NCBI GenBank assembly: GCA_965198515.1
Contig: CBDAPO010000005.1
Coordinates: forward strand, 240,896 to 304,895
Direction: 5' to 3'
Source of the DNA: Granulicella sp.
Lineage (GTDB): Bacteria; Acidobacteriota; Terriglobia; Terriglobales; Acidobacteriaceae
DNA length: 64,000 bases
The position numbers were made by a program, and so were the translations under genes. Positions 37,618-47,630 of the stretch are shown here, piece after piece. The notes beneath the pieces were generated by a model that was not told where the DNA came from, did no database searches, and worked only from the letters and a program-made list of their open reading frames with translations. Positions within the stretch are counted from its first letter, which is position 1, and each line of letters opens with the position of its first letter.

Positions 37618-40374
37618 CTAGAAGCTGTAGCGCAGCCCGGCTTCCACGCGCCGGCCGTTATCCGCGGCATAGCCGACACCAAACAGGGGCGAGCCCAGCA
37701 CGTTGCCCACGGAGGTGATGTTGGTGTGGTTCAGCAAATTCGACGAGCGCAGGTTGATGGTGAATGTCTGCTGGTGCTCAGCCTTGGCGTTGCGCGTCAC
37801 CACAAACGCACGCTGAAGGTTGGTGTCCAGGTGCACCGTCCAGGGCATAATGCCCGCATTGCGTTGCAGCGGGGCAACGCCGCCCGTTGCGGTCAGCAGG
37901 CCGTAGGGCGTTTGCACAGCGCCGGCGGTGCCAGGCAGCGCGACGTTCGGCCGATCGTTGAAGTTGCCATCACCGTTATTGTCGAAGCCGGTGAGGATGT
38001 TGAAGTGCTGATCGCCGGAAACCTGCAGATCACCACTGAGCGTGATCTTTTTCGGCAGGGTAAACGTGCCGTTGCCGAAGATCTGCCAAACACCCTGATT
38101 GGACCGGCGCGCAAACTCGCCCGCATTGCTGGTGCTGCTTTGCGGCGAGTTCAGCTCGTTATCGTCCGTGTCATCAATCAGGTCCACATGCACGGCCCCC
38201 ACAAACATTTGCACGTTCTTGATGGTGTGCTGCTCAAGGCCCAGGAACTCAACATTCAGGTGCCCCTGGCCGCTGTTGTCCATGCGCAAGACGTTGAGGT
38301 TGCTGATGCCCAGTTGCCGTGGTCCGGTAGGCACACCGTCCAGCGGCGAGTTCACATTGGGCGAACGTAGCGCGTTCCAAAAACGCCCGTAGACCAGGTC
38401 CATGGAGACGTTGAAGCCAAAGGGCAGCTGGCGTGAGCCGCCAAGGTCTTCCGCGCTCCAGCTTTCCTGCGTGATGTGATCGGAGAACTCGCGCATCGTG
38501 TGGATCGGAACGGCGTTGGCTGAAAACGGTGCACCGTACACCGGGTTGTAGATCGTGTTCGTGATGCGGTGCACACCATCTTCACGCATGACCTCGGCAT
38601 AATCATTGCTGCTGATACGGCTCGCGAACATGCCGGCATGCGCGTACAGCGTCCACTTTGGCTTGGCGCCCGGCGCCCACAGAATCGAAGCTCGCGGCGT
38701 GGCGGAGTTCAGGGTTGTCGGGTCGTTCTGGAAGGCATACCGCATGCCGCCCGAAATCTTCACGCCGTGGCCAAGGGTCCAGTCCTCCTGAAAAAAGAAG
38801 GCCACCCGCGTCTGCGTGAACCTCAGGTTCGGGTCTCCTGTGACATTGGTAAAGGCCGTAGGTGTACCGCCCGGCAAGCCCAGCAGCGCGCGCCGGTATT
38901 GCTCATAGCCGCTGATGGTCTCTGTCTGCCCGGCAATAGGCTGATTGTTGGCGTCCAGCACCGGCGCAATGCCGCCGCCAAAGCCGTATGTGCCGTTGAA
39001 GTTTTGCGTTGACCGGTTGTGCAGGTCGTAGGTGTTCAACTGCACGCCGAACTTCAGGTTCTGCTTCTTCAACGTCACAATGGCATCGTCATCAAACTCG
39101 GTACGGAAGCCCCACAACCGCTGCTGACCGTTGATGGATCCACCCGCGCTGAACGACCCGGCAACCTGCACCTGCGGCGCCAGCGAGTTTGGTGCATCGT
39201 CTTCCACGTCCCAGCGCAGGGACGCGCGCGCCTCCTGCACCAGCTTCGGAGACAGCGCGGTGAAGTTCGTGAAGCGCAGCACATGTTGTGCTTGCTCACT
39301 GCTGTAGCTTGTCTCCGCAAGGCTGGTGCCACCGACGCCGACGTTGTCCAGGTGATTCACATTGGCGCTGTAGGTTGCGGTGAACGTGTTTTTGGCGCCC
39401 AGCTGCCAGTCCATCCGGGCCTGCCCAATCCACAGGCGCTGCGGGCTGGCGACGGTGTTTTGCACGTTGATGGGCTGCGCATTGCTGTCCAGCGACACCG
39501 CGTTCACCACGCTGACGTTGTCGATCGCACGCCTTTCCAGGTCGAGCGAAAAATCAGAGCCCTGCTTGCGGATGGGGCCGGTGAACTCAAACCCGTAACG
39601 CTGTTTCCCGATCGCGCCCTTGCTGGTCGAAAAGGGATCACGAGCGTTCTCCCACGAACTGCCATTGGTGGTGAACAAAGCACCGTGAAAGGCGCTCCTG
39701 CCGGCCTTGGTGTACACATTCACGCGGCCGCCGCCGCCGAAAGGGGGCTCGCGGTACTCGGCCGAGAATAGATCAGGGTTCACCTCAATGTATGCAATGG
39801 AGCTTTTGGGTGGCAGACTGCTGGACTCCTGGAAGCCATCCACCGAGATCGTCACATTGGCCGGATTGCCGCCCGTCGCTGCGGCAAGCTGCTGCAATTC
39901 CCGCAGCAAATCGTCGGGGTCGTCGGCCAGTGACTGCAACTGCTTGCCGTCTATCTTTTGCGACACACCGGTTGTCTGCGCATCGGGCAGGGGTGTGTCT
40001 TCCGCGCTCACGTTCACGTCGATGGCGACGTTATCCGGCTTCAACACGAACTCAACTTCGCCTCCGTAGGGCAGCTTGATCTCTTTCGTATCCGCGGCAA
40101 ATCCTTCTGCCTGGATCACCAGCTTGTGCGCGCCTGGCGCCACGCACGGGAAGCGAAACCGCCCATCCTGCCCACTGGTCAACGTGGTCGTTCCATCCAG
40201 CGTGAGCGACGCCCCGGGAACAAGCGCCATCGTGCTGTCGCGCACGGTGCCGGCCAGCGCAGCAGCCTGCGTGCTGCGGCAGGCGCTGCCGGTAGCTGGC
40301 TGCGTTTCGGCTTCCGCAAAGGCATGGGGGATCGCAAGCGTCGCAAACGCGATCGCCGGTACAAGGCGTTTCAT
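37618..40374 (-). CDS. TonB-dependent receptor with carboxypeptidase-regulatory-like N-domain
   Basis: Signal peptide, LAGTVRDSTMALVPGA, DPFSTSKGAIGKQRYG, C-terminal GLRYSF. Confidence 0.88.
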   Translation of the reverse strand: MKRLVPAIAFATLAIPHAFAEAETQPATGSACRSTQAAALAGTVRDSTMALVPGASLTLDGTTTLTSGQDGRFRFPCVAPGAHKLVIQAEGFAADTKEIKLPYGGEVEFVLKPDNVAIDVNVSAEDTPLPDAQTTGVSQKIDGKQLQSLADDPDDLLRELQQLAAATGGNPANVTISVDGFQESSSLPPKSSIAYIEVNPDLFSAEYREPPFGGGGRVNVYTKAGRSAFHGALFTTNGSSWENARDPFSTSKGAIGKQRYGFEFTGPIRKQGSDFSLDLERRAIDNVSVVNAVSLDSNAQPINVQNTVASPQRLWIGQARMDWQLGAKNTFTATYSANVNHLDNVGVGGTSLAETSYSSEQAQHVLRFTNFTALSPKLVQEARASLRWDVEDDAPNSLAPQVQVAGSFSAGGSINGQQRLWGFRTEFDDDAIVTLKKQNLKFGVQLNTYDLHNRSTQNFNGTYGFGGGIAPVLDANNQPIAGQTETISGYEQYRRALLGLPGGTPTAFTNVTGDPNLRFTQTRVAFFFQEDWTLGHGVKISGGMRYAFQNDPTTLNSATPRASILWAPGAKPKWTLYAHAGMFASRISSNDYAEVMREDGVHRITNTIYNPVYGAPFSANAVPIHTMREFSDHITQESWSAEDLGGSRQLPFGFNVSMDLVYGRFWNALRSPNVNSPLDGVPTGPRQLGISNLNVLRMDNSGQGHLNVEFLGLEQHTIKNVQMFVGAVHVDLIDDTDDNELNSPQSSTSNAGEFARRSNQGVWQIFGNGTFTLPKKITLSGDLQVSGDQHFNILTGFDNNGDGNFNDRPNVALPGTAGAVQTPYGLLTATGGVAPLQRNAGIMPWTVHLDTNLQRAFVVTRNAKAEHQQTFTINLRSSNLLNHTNITSVGNVLGSPLFGVGYAADNGRRVEAGLRYSF

Positions 40375-40596
40375 TGCTACGTCCTTAGCTGGTGGTGCAG
40401 TGTGCGGTGTGACGTTTGGTGAGACAGACCATCACGGGCCGAAAACTCTCGGCGCGAGTGTCTGCTCGTTCCTACGCTCACCATAGCGCTCCGGTTCCCG
40501 GGAACGGATGCAAAAACCTGATGAAACTACCGTGCGCTAACCATCTTGGTGCGCCCGCCCGGACGCTGCATACGACCTGCTCAGGCCCGCACACAA

Positions 40597-40632
40597 AGCA
40601 AAGGCGACGCTCCGGAGAACGCCGCCTTTGCT
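40597..40632 (-). terminator. Terminator candidate downstream of bamD
   Basis: AGCAAAGGCG / CGCCTTTGCT stem, followed by TTGTGTG on the minus strand. Confidence 0.7.
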
Positions 40633-40649
40633 GCTGTGTGTTGTGAAAG

Positions 40650-42569
40650 CTACAGCGGGTTGATCTTGTCGATGCCCTTCTTCTTCTTGTGCTTGCTGGA
40701 GCTTTCGTCGTTCTTGTCGTAGGCCGGCTTGGGGTTCTTCTTTTGGCCTTCAGCCTTGGTTTGTGCTGCCGGCTGCGGATGGCCCTGCACCTCGTTGACA
40801 GCATCAGGTGCTGGTGCTGCGGACTCTGCGGCGGGCAGGGGCGTGTTGTCCGGCGGCTTGGGAGCGGCGATGCCGAAGTTTGCATCCGGCGCGCCTGTTG
40901 CCGCTGGCCGGTCGCTGGCACGATCGGTCACCGGTGCCCCGGTCATGGCTCCCGGGCTCAGCACGTCCACGCCCAGCGAGGCACCGCTGCCACCGACACG
41001 GGCTCCACCGCCGCCAGTCGATGGGCTGGCCGGGGTCATGGTTCCGGTGGAACGCTCGCCTTCAGTGGTGTTGCCCACGTCAGACAGAGTCAGGGCGCCG
41101 CTGGCACCGGCGGGTGCCGGCGTGGGTTGGGCTGGAGCAGGCGTATTGTTTGCCGCCGCAGCTGCCGCTTCCTTGGCGGGCTCTGCTGTAGCCGGGTTGA
41201 ATGCAAACTTGTAATCGGCCTCGATCTGGTGAACGATCGCCGGGGCCACCGTGGGCTTGGCATCCTCCAGCGGAGGTGCGCCCAGCTGGGCGGCAGTAAC
41301 CGTGTCCGGCTTGCGGACCATGAGCAGTTCCAGCCGCTTGCGCATGGTGTACTGCGCACGGCTGCCTTCCAGCGCATCACTCGCGGCCACCTGCTCGGCC
41401 GTCGGCTGCGGAATCGGGAGGTTCATCGTGCCAAGCCGATCCTTGGCGTCTTCCACGTGCGGTGCGGCAGCATGTTGCAGGATCACTTCGCGGTACGCCG
41501 CGGCTGCTTTGCCGTCGTACTCCTGCTCCAGCTTGGCCTTGGGACCTTCCGGCATGTTGACCTGCGAGCGCACGACACGGGCTTCTGCCTCGTACGCGTC
41601 GCCAATTCCGATCAGCGTGTCGTCCATGTGGCTGAACAGCGGGTAGGTGTCGACCACCGTCTGATAGCGCGCGATTGCCGCCGGAAAATTATTGTGGCTG
41701 GCGTAGAACTGGCCCAGGCTGAATTCGCGCTCGGCCAGCACTTCCTGCACATCGCGCAGCTTCTGGGTCGCCTCGGTCAACACCGTTTTGGGTGCGTCCG
41801 GATAGGTCTTCAGCATCGTCCGGTACTGGTCTTCGGCCTTGATCGCCTTGGAATAGTCGCGGTCGGGCACGTCCATCTGCTTCATGTAGATGTCGCCCAT
41901 GCGCATCTGCGCTTCGGCGGCTTCGGGTGAATTCGGGAAGAAGGTGATGAAGTCGCCGTATTCCTGCTCGGCCTGCGCCATGGCGGCGCTGCCACCCTCC
42001 TTGAACCAGCAGTCCGCGACCGCCAGCTTGGCGCGCATCAGGTACTGCGAATCCGGATAGGTGTTTAGCAGGGTCTGCAGGTCCAGGCGGGCCACGTCGT
42101 AATGCCCCCTCTTCTCCTGGTCCAGCGCCTTGTCATAGAGCTGCTTGTCCGGCAGGTTCGCGTCCTTGCCTACCAGCGGGTTGTACTTCTGCTCGCGGCG
42201 CAGTTCGGCCTTGGTGTCCTTGGTCTGGACGGTCTTGTCTTCCTTGGCGATCTTTTCCTTTGACTTGGCCGTGGTTCCCTTTGCCGGCGCCTTCACCGTC
42301 TTCGGCGCGGGGGCAGGCTTGCTGCTGGAATTCGCCGGCTCGTCCTTCTGAATCCACTTGTGCTTCTTCGGGGCGGGTGCCTCGTCCGCCTGCGCCTGGG
42401 GCGCGGCGGAGGTGCTCTGGGAGGAGCTATCCTGTGCGGCCGGTGCGGGCGTTTGTTGCGCAAAAGCGAACGGCCCGGAGATCAACAGCGAAAATGCAGC
42501 CCCGGCAGCCCATGCTGCCCGGCTGTGAGGGAAAAAGTTCGGCTTACCTGCCCGCATCCACAACTCCAA
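40650..42569 (-). CDS. bamD: Outer-membrane assembly factor BamD with long disordered extensions
   Basis: TPR core LYDKAL..TYPDSQY, FFPNSPEAAEAQ, AAIARYQTVVDTYP; start uncertain. Confidence 0.88.
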   Translation of the reverse strand: MELWMRAGKPNFFPHSRAAWAAGAAFSLLISGPFAFAQQTPAPAAQDSSSQSTSAAPQAQADEAPAPKKHKWIQKDEPANSSSKPAPAPKTVKAPAKGTTAKSKEKIAKEDKTVQTKDTKAELRREQKYNPLVGKDANLPDKQLYDKALDQEKRGHYDVARLDLQTLLNTYPDSQYLMRAKLAVADCWFKEGGSAAMAQAEQEYGDFITFFPNSPEAAEAQMRMGDIYMKQMDVPDRDYSKAIKAEDQYRTMLKTYPDAPKTVLTEATQKLRDVQEVLAEREFSLGQFYASHNNFPAAIARYQTVVDTYPLFSHMDDTLIGIGDAYEAEARVVRSQVNMPEGPKAKLEQEYDGKAAAAYREVILQHAAAPHVEDAKDRLGTMNLPIPQPTAEQVAASDALEGSRAQYTMRKRLELLMVRKPDTVTAAQLGAPPLEDAKPTVAPAIVHQIEADYKFAFNPATAEPAKEAAAAAANNTPAPAQPTPAPAGASGALTLSDVGNTTEGERSTGTMTPASPSTGGGGARVGGSGASLGVDVLSPGAMTGAPVTDRASDRPAATGAPDANFGIAAPKPPDNTPLPAAESAAPAPDAVNEVQGHPQPAAQTKAEGQKKNPKPAYDKNDESSSKHKKKKGIDKINPL

Positions 42570-42656
42570 ACCGCCGGCCCACGAAAGGGAACCGGCACTC
42601 CCAGTATTCTAGGCGTCCCGAGCGCATCAGGCCACCAACGTCGGCAGAATGCCGGG

Positions 42657-43337
42657 CTAAACCCGAACTTCTGCCGCGGAACGCGCCGTCTGCAGAAGGG
42701 ACCGAGCGTTTTCCTCGGTCTTGCCCGGCTGAAACACCGCCGACCCGGCCACCAGCATGTCCGCTCCAGCTTGGACGACCGCGCCCACGGTGTCGTGAGC
42801 GATGCCACCGTCCACCTCGATGCGGAAGTTCAGTCCCATCTCCCGCCGCAGGCGCGCCAGGTGCGCAATCCGCTCCACGCTCCGCGGCAAAAACTTCTGC
42901 CCACCAAACCCCGGGTTCACGCTCATCACCAGCACGTGGTGCACGATGGGCAGCACTTCGACGATGTGTTCCACCGGCGTGTGCGGATTGATGACGACCG
43001 CCGGCTGCATGCCGTGGTCTGCAATCAACTGCAGCGTCCGGTTCAGGTGCCGGCATACTTCCCAGTGCACGCCGATCATGTCGGCGCCGGCTTCCGCGAA
43101 GTCCGGGATGAACTTATCGGGATCCTCGATCATCAGGTGGCAGTCGAGCGGCAGCTCGGTCACGCGTCGGATCGCCTTCACCACCGGCGGGCCAAAGGTG
43201 ATGTTCGGCACAAAATGACCGTCCATCACGTCCACATGGACGATGGTTCCGCCGCCGCGTTCGGCCGTGGCAATCTCGTCCGCCAGGTGGGCGAAGTCAG
43301 CTGCCAAAATCGAAAAACAAAGCTCAATCAACGCCAC
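42657..43337 (-). CDS. rpe: Ribulose-phosphate 3-epimerase
   Basis: SILAADF, HVDVMDGHFVPNITFG, DCHLM, MSVNPGFGGQ, EVDGG. Confidence 0.96.
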   Translation of the reverse strand: MALIELCFSILAADFAHLADEIATAERGGGTIVHVDVMDGHFVPNITFGPPVVKAIRRVTELPLDCHLMIEDPDKFIPDFAEAGADMIGVHWEVCRHLNRTLQLIADHGMQPAVVINPHTPVEHIVEVLPIVHHVLVMSVNPGFGGQKFLPRSVERIAHLARLRREMGLNFRIEVDGGIAHDTVGAVVQAGADMLVAGSAVFQPGKTEENARSLLQTARSAAEVRV

Positions 43338-43460
43338 ATCTCCTACGCGCTCAGGCTCTTCGCAGAATAGCAGCGCCCCAGCTCCCCCCGCCCGGCCCGC
43401 CGCCTGATGCCACGGCCATTGACGGTCATCGTCAGGCGCTCTTGCACCGGCGTAGCGGCC

Positions 43461-44744
43461 TTACTGGTACGTCAACTGAAGCCGACGATTCACCAAGGTC
43501 GCTGTTGGCCAGCTAGGCCACCCGGTGGCAGAGATGTAGAACAGCCAAGGGTTGCCGTTTCCGGTCGTGGGGTCACTGCCTTCGCCGACCAGGGTAGGGT
43601 ACAGAATGGTGTTTGTCCCGTCCGTGATTGCGCCCGAGGCAATCGGACCGGACCACGACAGAAGAGTGGATCCGTGTTGCATCGCGATCGCGTTGTTGCC
43701 GGTCGTGTACACAATGACGTACTGCTGGGTGCTCGCGTCATACAGCACCGAAGGGAAGCTCCCTGGCGCTGCGATCACCGCCGTGTAGTGTCCGGAGTTG
43801 GTGGCCGCATTGGGGTCACCGCTGGTGCCTGGTTCTGTGAACGCGCCGTTGTAGAACTTCTTGAAGAGCGTTGGGAAGGCCGCCGTATTGCCCGCGAATG
43901 CGTCGGCCACCACAGTGGCCAGCGGAGCGCGCGCCACCGCCAGGCAGGGCGTCTGGTTGCACGCCGTGGCCGTAGCCGCCGACGGATCGCGATCGCTATA
44001 AAACACGTAGAGATAGGTGTTGGCAGGATCTGCCGTGGCGAGATTGGCAATGTGCTGCCCGTTGCCATCTGCGACCACCAGCGTTCCTCCGCCCACATCC
44101 AGGCCCTGGTTGGCCCCGAGCACCGCGTTGCGCGTCAGATACGGCTGCACGATCTCGCCGAGCTTGGAAAAGGTCGCTCCGCCATCTTTGGAAAAAGCCA
44201 TGCCCAACGAAGCGTAGGTGCAATGTCCCGTTGCCGCACAGGTACCACCGTGCGCTTCGCCGTGGTACACGTGCAGAATGCCGGCTGCCCCTGTCGCGCT
44301 GGTCACGGCAAGGACGGGGCCGCCACCCGCGTAATCCTGATCAAACGTGTAGCCGTTCGGGTCACCGTTCGTGCTCGGTGTGATCTCCGCAGAACACCCG
44401 TAAGGCTCCGTCATGGCCGTCAAGGATCCACCTAAACGGTACGTGCCCTGTGTTGACGGTGTGCCTGCGCATGCGGTGGAGCTACGGGCCGGCACATAAA
44501 AGGTATAGCTGCTTCCGCTGAGCAGCACGCCAATGCTGCCGTCCGGAGGCCCGTACTGAAACCCCAGAGCGGTCCGCTGTGGGGACGTGAGGACGCTCGT
44601 CTCCGCACCCGCCTGGATGGTGAAAACCGTTGGGGTCGTAACCGGCGGCGTACTCGGCGGAGCTGTGGAGTTCGATGTGCCACTGCTACAGGACACAAAC
44701 CCGCAACACAAGCTCGAGATCAGCAAAGCACTCAGCAGTCGCAT
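43461..44744 (-). CDS. Lipoprotein, possible beta-propeller glycoside-hydrolase-like fold
   Basis: AGGAG RBS; lipobox-like FVSC; Asp-box-like SKDGGATF; YHGE, YPTL motifs. Confidence 0.75.
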   Translation of the reverse strand: MRLLSALLISSLCCGFVSCSSGTSNSTAPPSTPPVTTPTVFTIQAGAETSVLTSPQRTALGFQYGPPDGSIGVLLSGSSYTFYVPARSSTACAGTPSTQGTYRLGGSLTAMTEPYGCSAEITPSTNGDPNGYTFDQDYAGGGPVLAVTSATGAAGILHVYHGEAHGGTCAATGHCTYASLGMAFSKDGGATFSKLGEIVQPYLTRNAVLGANQGLDVGGGTLVVADGNGQHIANLATADPANTYLYVFYSDRDPSAATATACNQTPCLAVARAPLATVVADAFAGNTAAFPTLFKKFYNGAFTEPGTSGDPNAATNSGHYTAVIAAPGSFPSVLYDASTQQYVIVYTTGNNAIAMQHGSTLLSWSGPIASGAITDGTNTILYPTLVGEGSDPTTGNGNPWLFYISATGWPSWPTATLVNRRLQLTYQ

Positions 44745-44836
44745 ACATCTCCTACCCGTTTGGACCCGCCGACGGGCTCTTGCACCCACGCTACACGACG
44801 CCCTCCGCAGCGGTCGTGCTCACATAAGAACTTTCA

Positions 44837-44850
44837 GTAAAGCGCTTGCC
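44837..44850. promoter_or_regulatory. LacI-type operator candidate upstream of the lipoprotein
   Basis: GTAAAGCGCTTGCC with AAGCGCTT core. Confidence 0.35.
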
Positions 44851-45002
44851 CTGAGGCGCCTGTCCACGTCGCTGGGGTGGCCTCCTGCCCTTTGTCAGGG
44901 AGCGTCGCTCTGAGCATGATCCCCTGCGGAAAAGAAAGCTAATTCGCCATTCTCCGCATACGGACACACGATTCGGGAAGAGATCAGGCGCCCCCGAGCC
45001 TT

Positions 45003-46541
45003 CTACGGCACAACCTCACTCGGCAACAGCGTCTTGCCTCGGCGGCTTTTGCGTCTTGGCAACACCGGCACAACCCGTTCCACCCCCTCACGCCCCGGAT
45101 GCAGAACTCGGGTCTTGCTTCCCTTATCGGCAGCTTCGGACAAAACTTTAGCGGCTTCGCGATCTACCGGGGTCACCTCGGCGGGCGGCCCCAGCACAAC
45201 GCGTGCCGCAGCGTTCAGCAGGCGGCGAACCGGCCAGCTGCCATCCGCGTTGGGCAGCAGTACCTCCCCGGCCCGCTGCTTTTCCGGGCGGTAGTACCAG
45301 CGCTTGAAGAGCGCCAGCGCATCGCCACGCAAGGTCGGCTCCGGCTCACCTTCGGCGCTGGTCTCTGCCTCAAGCCTTTCGATGACTGCACGCGCCCGAT
45401 CCTCGGGCGAAAGTGCGCCTGGGGCTTGTCCCGCAGCCTGCCCTGGGCCGGCTGCCTGCGCATGCTCCTGCGATCCGGGTTCCCCTGCGTCCGCCCCGGT
45501 GCGCGCTTCCGGCACAGCACTCAACATCAGTGGCTGCGCAAAGAGCGAAGACCCCACCGCAGTTTGCTCCCGCACGGCGCGCACACCCAGCGTGGAGAGC
45601 CGCTCCGGCCCGACCAGCCGCCCGCCGTCCAGCAGAAACACCGCCGCATCCGGCATCGCGTCTCCACCGTCAGCAGCCTCCGGCCGCGCTGCGGCCTGCA
45701 CGATCAGCGCGCGTACCTCGTGCGCCGCCCGCACCAACGGGTCGGCACCCTGGGCGATGCCTTTCACCTTTTCCCATTGCCGGTGCAGCGTGGCCGCGCC
45801 CTCGAAGTCCATGTCTTCGCTGGCGGCTTCACGCTTGGCGGCAATCTCTGTCATCAGGCTTTCGCCGCGTGTGCGCAGGTAGGCAAATACCCGCTCGGCT
45901 TCGGTCCGGTAGGTGTCTCCGGTTACAGCCACCTTGCACGGTGCGAGGCAGCGGCCCATCTCGCCGTAGACGCAGCCGGGGTGCTCGGGATGGACCTCCA
46001 GGTCTTCGTGGCAGCGTCGCACCTTGAACAACTCACCCACAGCCTCGGCCACGCGCTCGGCCGCGGCGCGTGAGGCAAAGGGACCAAAGCTTTCGTGCAG
46101 CGCCCTCCGGCTCATTTTGTTGCTGACGTACACGCGCGGATGGTCATGGCTCATGGTGACGCGCAGGAAATACGGGCAGTGCAGTCGCAGTCGCTTGCGC
46201 GCTTCCGCTTCGCCGAAAAGGGCGTGCGTGGCCCGGTACTGCAGCAGGACGCCTTCAAAGTCCGATCCGGTCTCGGTCCACTCAATCGAGCGCACCCGAT
46301 CGCGCAGATTCAACCTCTTGCTCAGCACCGGGTTGCCGTCCGCATCCACTGTTTCCGGCGGCAGCAGCAGGCGTCGGAGGCGGCGGCGCAGATCGGCCGC
46401 GCGCATCAGGTAGGGCTGGTCGGTGTCGCGTTCACCACGCAGGGCGAAGACGCCAGGGCGTGCCGGCACACCACGCAAAGTCGCCTCAGCCTCTTCAGGC
46501 GTGAAAGGGACGCGGTGCGCAAAGGCAAACGGCTCGGCCAT
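45003..46541 (-). CDS. UvrC/Cho-like protein with degenerate GIY-YIG domain, Cys cluster and UVR domain
   Basis: PGVF..YLMRAADLRRRL, SFGPF, RRC..GCVYGEMGRCLAPC, MDFEGAA; no RNase H-like or HhH C-terminal domains. Confidence 0.85.
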   Translation of the reverse strand: MAEPFAFAHRVPFTPEEAEATLRGVPARPGVFALRGERDTDQPYLMRAADLRRRLRRLLLPPETVDADGNPVLSKRLNLRDRVRSIEWTETGSDFEGVLLQYRATHALFGEAEARKRLRLHCPYFLRVTMSHDHPRVYVSNKMSRRALHESFGPFASRAAAERVAEAVGELFKVRRCHEDLEVHPEHPGCVYGEMGRCLAPCKVAVTGDTYRTEAERVFAYLRTRGESLMTEIAAKREAASEDMDFEGAATLHRQWEKVKGIAQGADPLVRAAHEVRALIVQAAARPEAADGGDAMPDAAVFLLDGGRLVGPERLSTLGVRAVREQTAVGSSLFAQPLMLSAVPEARTGADAGEPGSQEHAQAAGPGQAAGQAPGALSPEDRARAVIERLEAETSAEGEPEPTLRGDALALFKRWYYRPEKQRAGEVLLPNADGSWPVRRLLNAAARVVLGPPAEVTPVDREAAKVLSEAADKGSKTRVLHPGREGVERVVPVLPRRKSRRGKTLLPSEVVP

Positions 46542-46722
46542 GGGTCAGATTTTAGCTTTCCCGGGGCTTCGGCCGCCTGCCCCGATCGTGGAACTCACCC
46601 CCTGGCTCCGGGCGTACTTCGTATCAAAACGAGACATTTGGCCGCGGCGCCCACTTTTTGCAACCGAAGTACCCGTCACGTGCGTATGGTCCTTTCGAAG
46701 CCGCTTTTTCTGGAGACAACGT

Positions 46723-47598
46723 ATGCGCCTGCATCTTCTCGGTTGTATCGCCGCCCTTTTTGCCTGCACCCTCGGGCACGCACAGAACTTTGCCACCTCA
46801 CCTTGCCCAAACAGCGGTGACGGCGGCTCGGGTTGGTTCGGGCACCAGGAGCGTGCCTGCGAACTGCGCCGCACTACTCTTGCGCTTACCGGCGGCCATC
46901 TCGGCGTTGCAGGGAGCAATGGAAGCATCGAGGTTGTCGGTGAAGACCGCTCTGACATTGCGCTGGAAGTGAAAGTGACCGCGCAGGCCGGCTCCCGTTC
47001 TGAGGCCGAAGCCCTGCTGCATGAGGTCCGTATCGTCACCAATGGCAGCGACATTCGCGCGGAAGGCCCCCACGGGGACTCCGGCCTTTTCTCCCACCGT
47101 AACTGGAATGCAAGCTTTCGGCTGCGCGTTCCACGCCGTGTAGCCCATGCCGATCTGAACACCTCAAACGGCGGTATCCAGGTGGAAAGCCTGGAAGGGC
47201 AGCTCTCTGCCAAAACCACCAACGGTGGCATTGAAGCAGCCCATGTACGCGGGGATCTCCGTGCTTCGACAACCAATGGCGGCCTGCGGCTTGCAGACCT
47301 TGGCGGCTCCGTTCACGCTGAAACCACCAATGGCGGTGTGCAAATTTCGCTTGCCGGCGACCGGTGGCACGGTGATGGACTCTTCGCGAGATCCACCAAC
47401 GGCCCCATCACCGTGAAGGCGCCGGAGCACTTTGCCGCCCACCTGGTCGCGGACACCACGAACGGCGGAATTTCGATAGACTTCCCCATCACCGTGCAAG
47501 GGAAGATCGGCCATCACATCGATACCGATGTCAACGGCGGTGGTCCCGCGGTCCATCTCGAGACAACCAATGGCGGAGTGACGATCGACCGGCTCTAG
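46723..47598 (+). CDS. Exported DUF4097-type beta-strand repeat protein
   Basis: GGAGA RBS; signal peptide; seven T(T/S)NG(G/P) repeats. Confidence 0.88.
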   Translation: MRLHLLGCIAALFACTLGHAQNFATSPCPNSGDGGSGWFGHQERACELRRTTLALTGGHLGVAGSNGSIEVVGEDRSDIALEVKVTAQAGSRSEAEALLHEVRIVTNGSDIRAEGPHGDSGLFSHRNWNASFRLRVPRRVAHADLNTSNGGIQVESLEGQLSAKTTNGGIEAAHVRGDLRASTTNGGLRLADLGGSVHAETTNGGVQISLAGDRWHGDGLFARSTNGPITVKAPEHFAAHLVADTTNGGISIDFPITVQGKIGHHIDTDVNGGGPAVHLETTNGGVTIDRL

Positions 47599-47630
47599 GC
47601 CATCGCGCTTCGCTAAAGCTCGGGGGCGTT

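Noticed and set aside
44745-45002. Riboswitch in the 258-nt leader of the lipoprotein gene (also checked MFS, birA and valS leaders)
   Set aside because: No conserved aptamer motifs recognised by eye; an Rfam/Infernal scan would be decisive.
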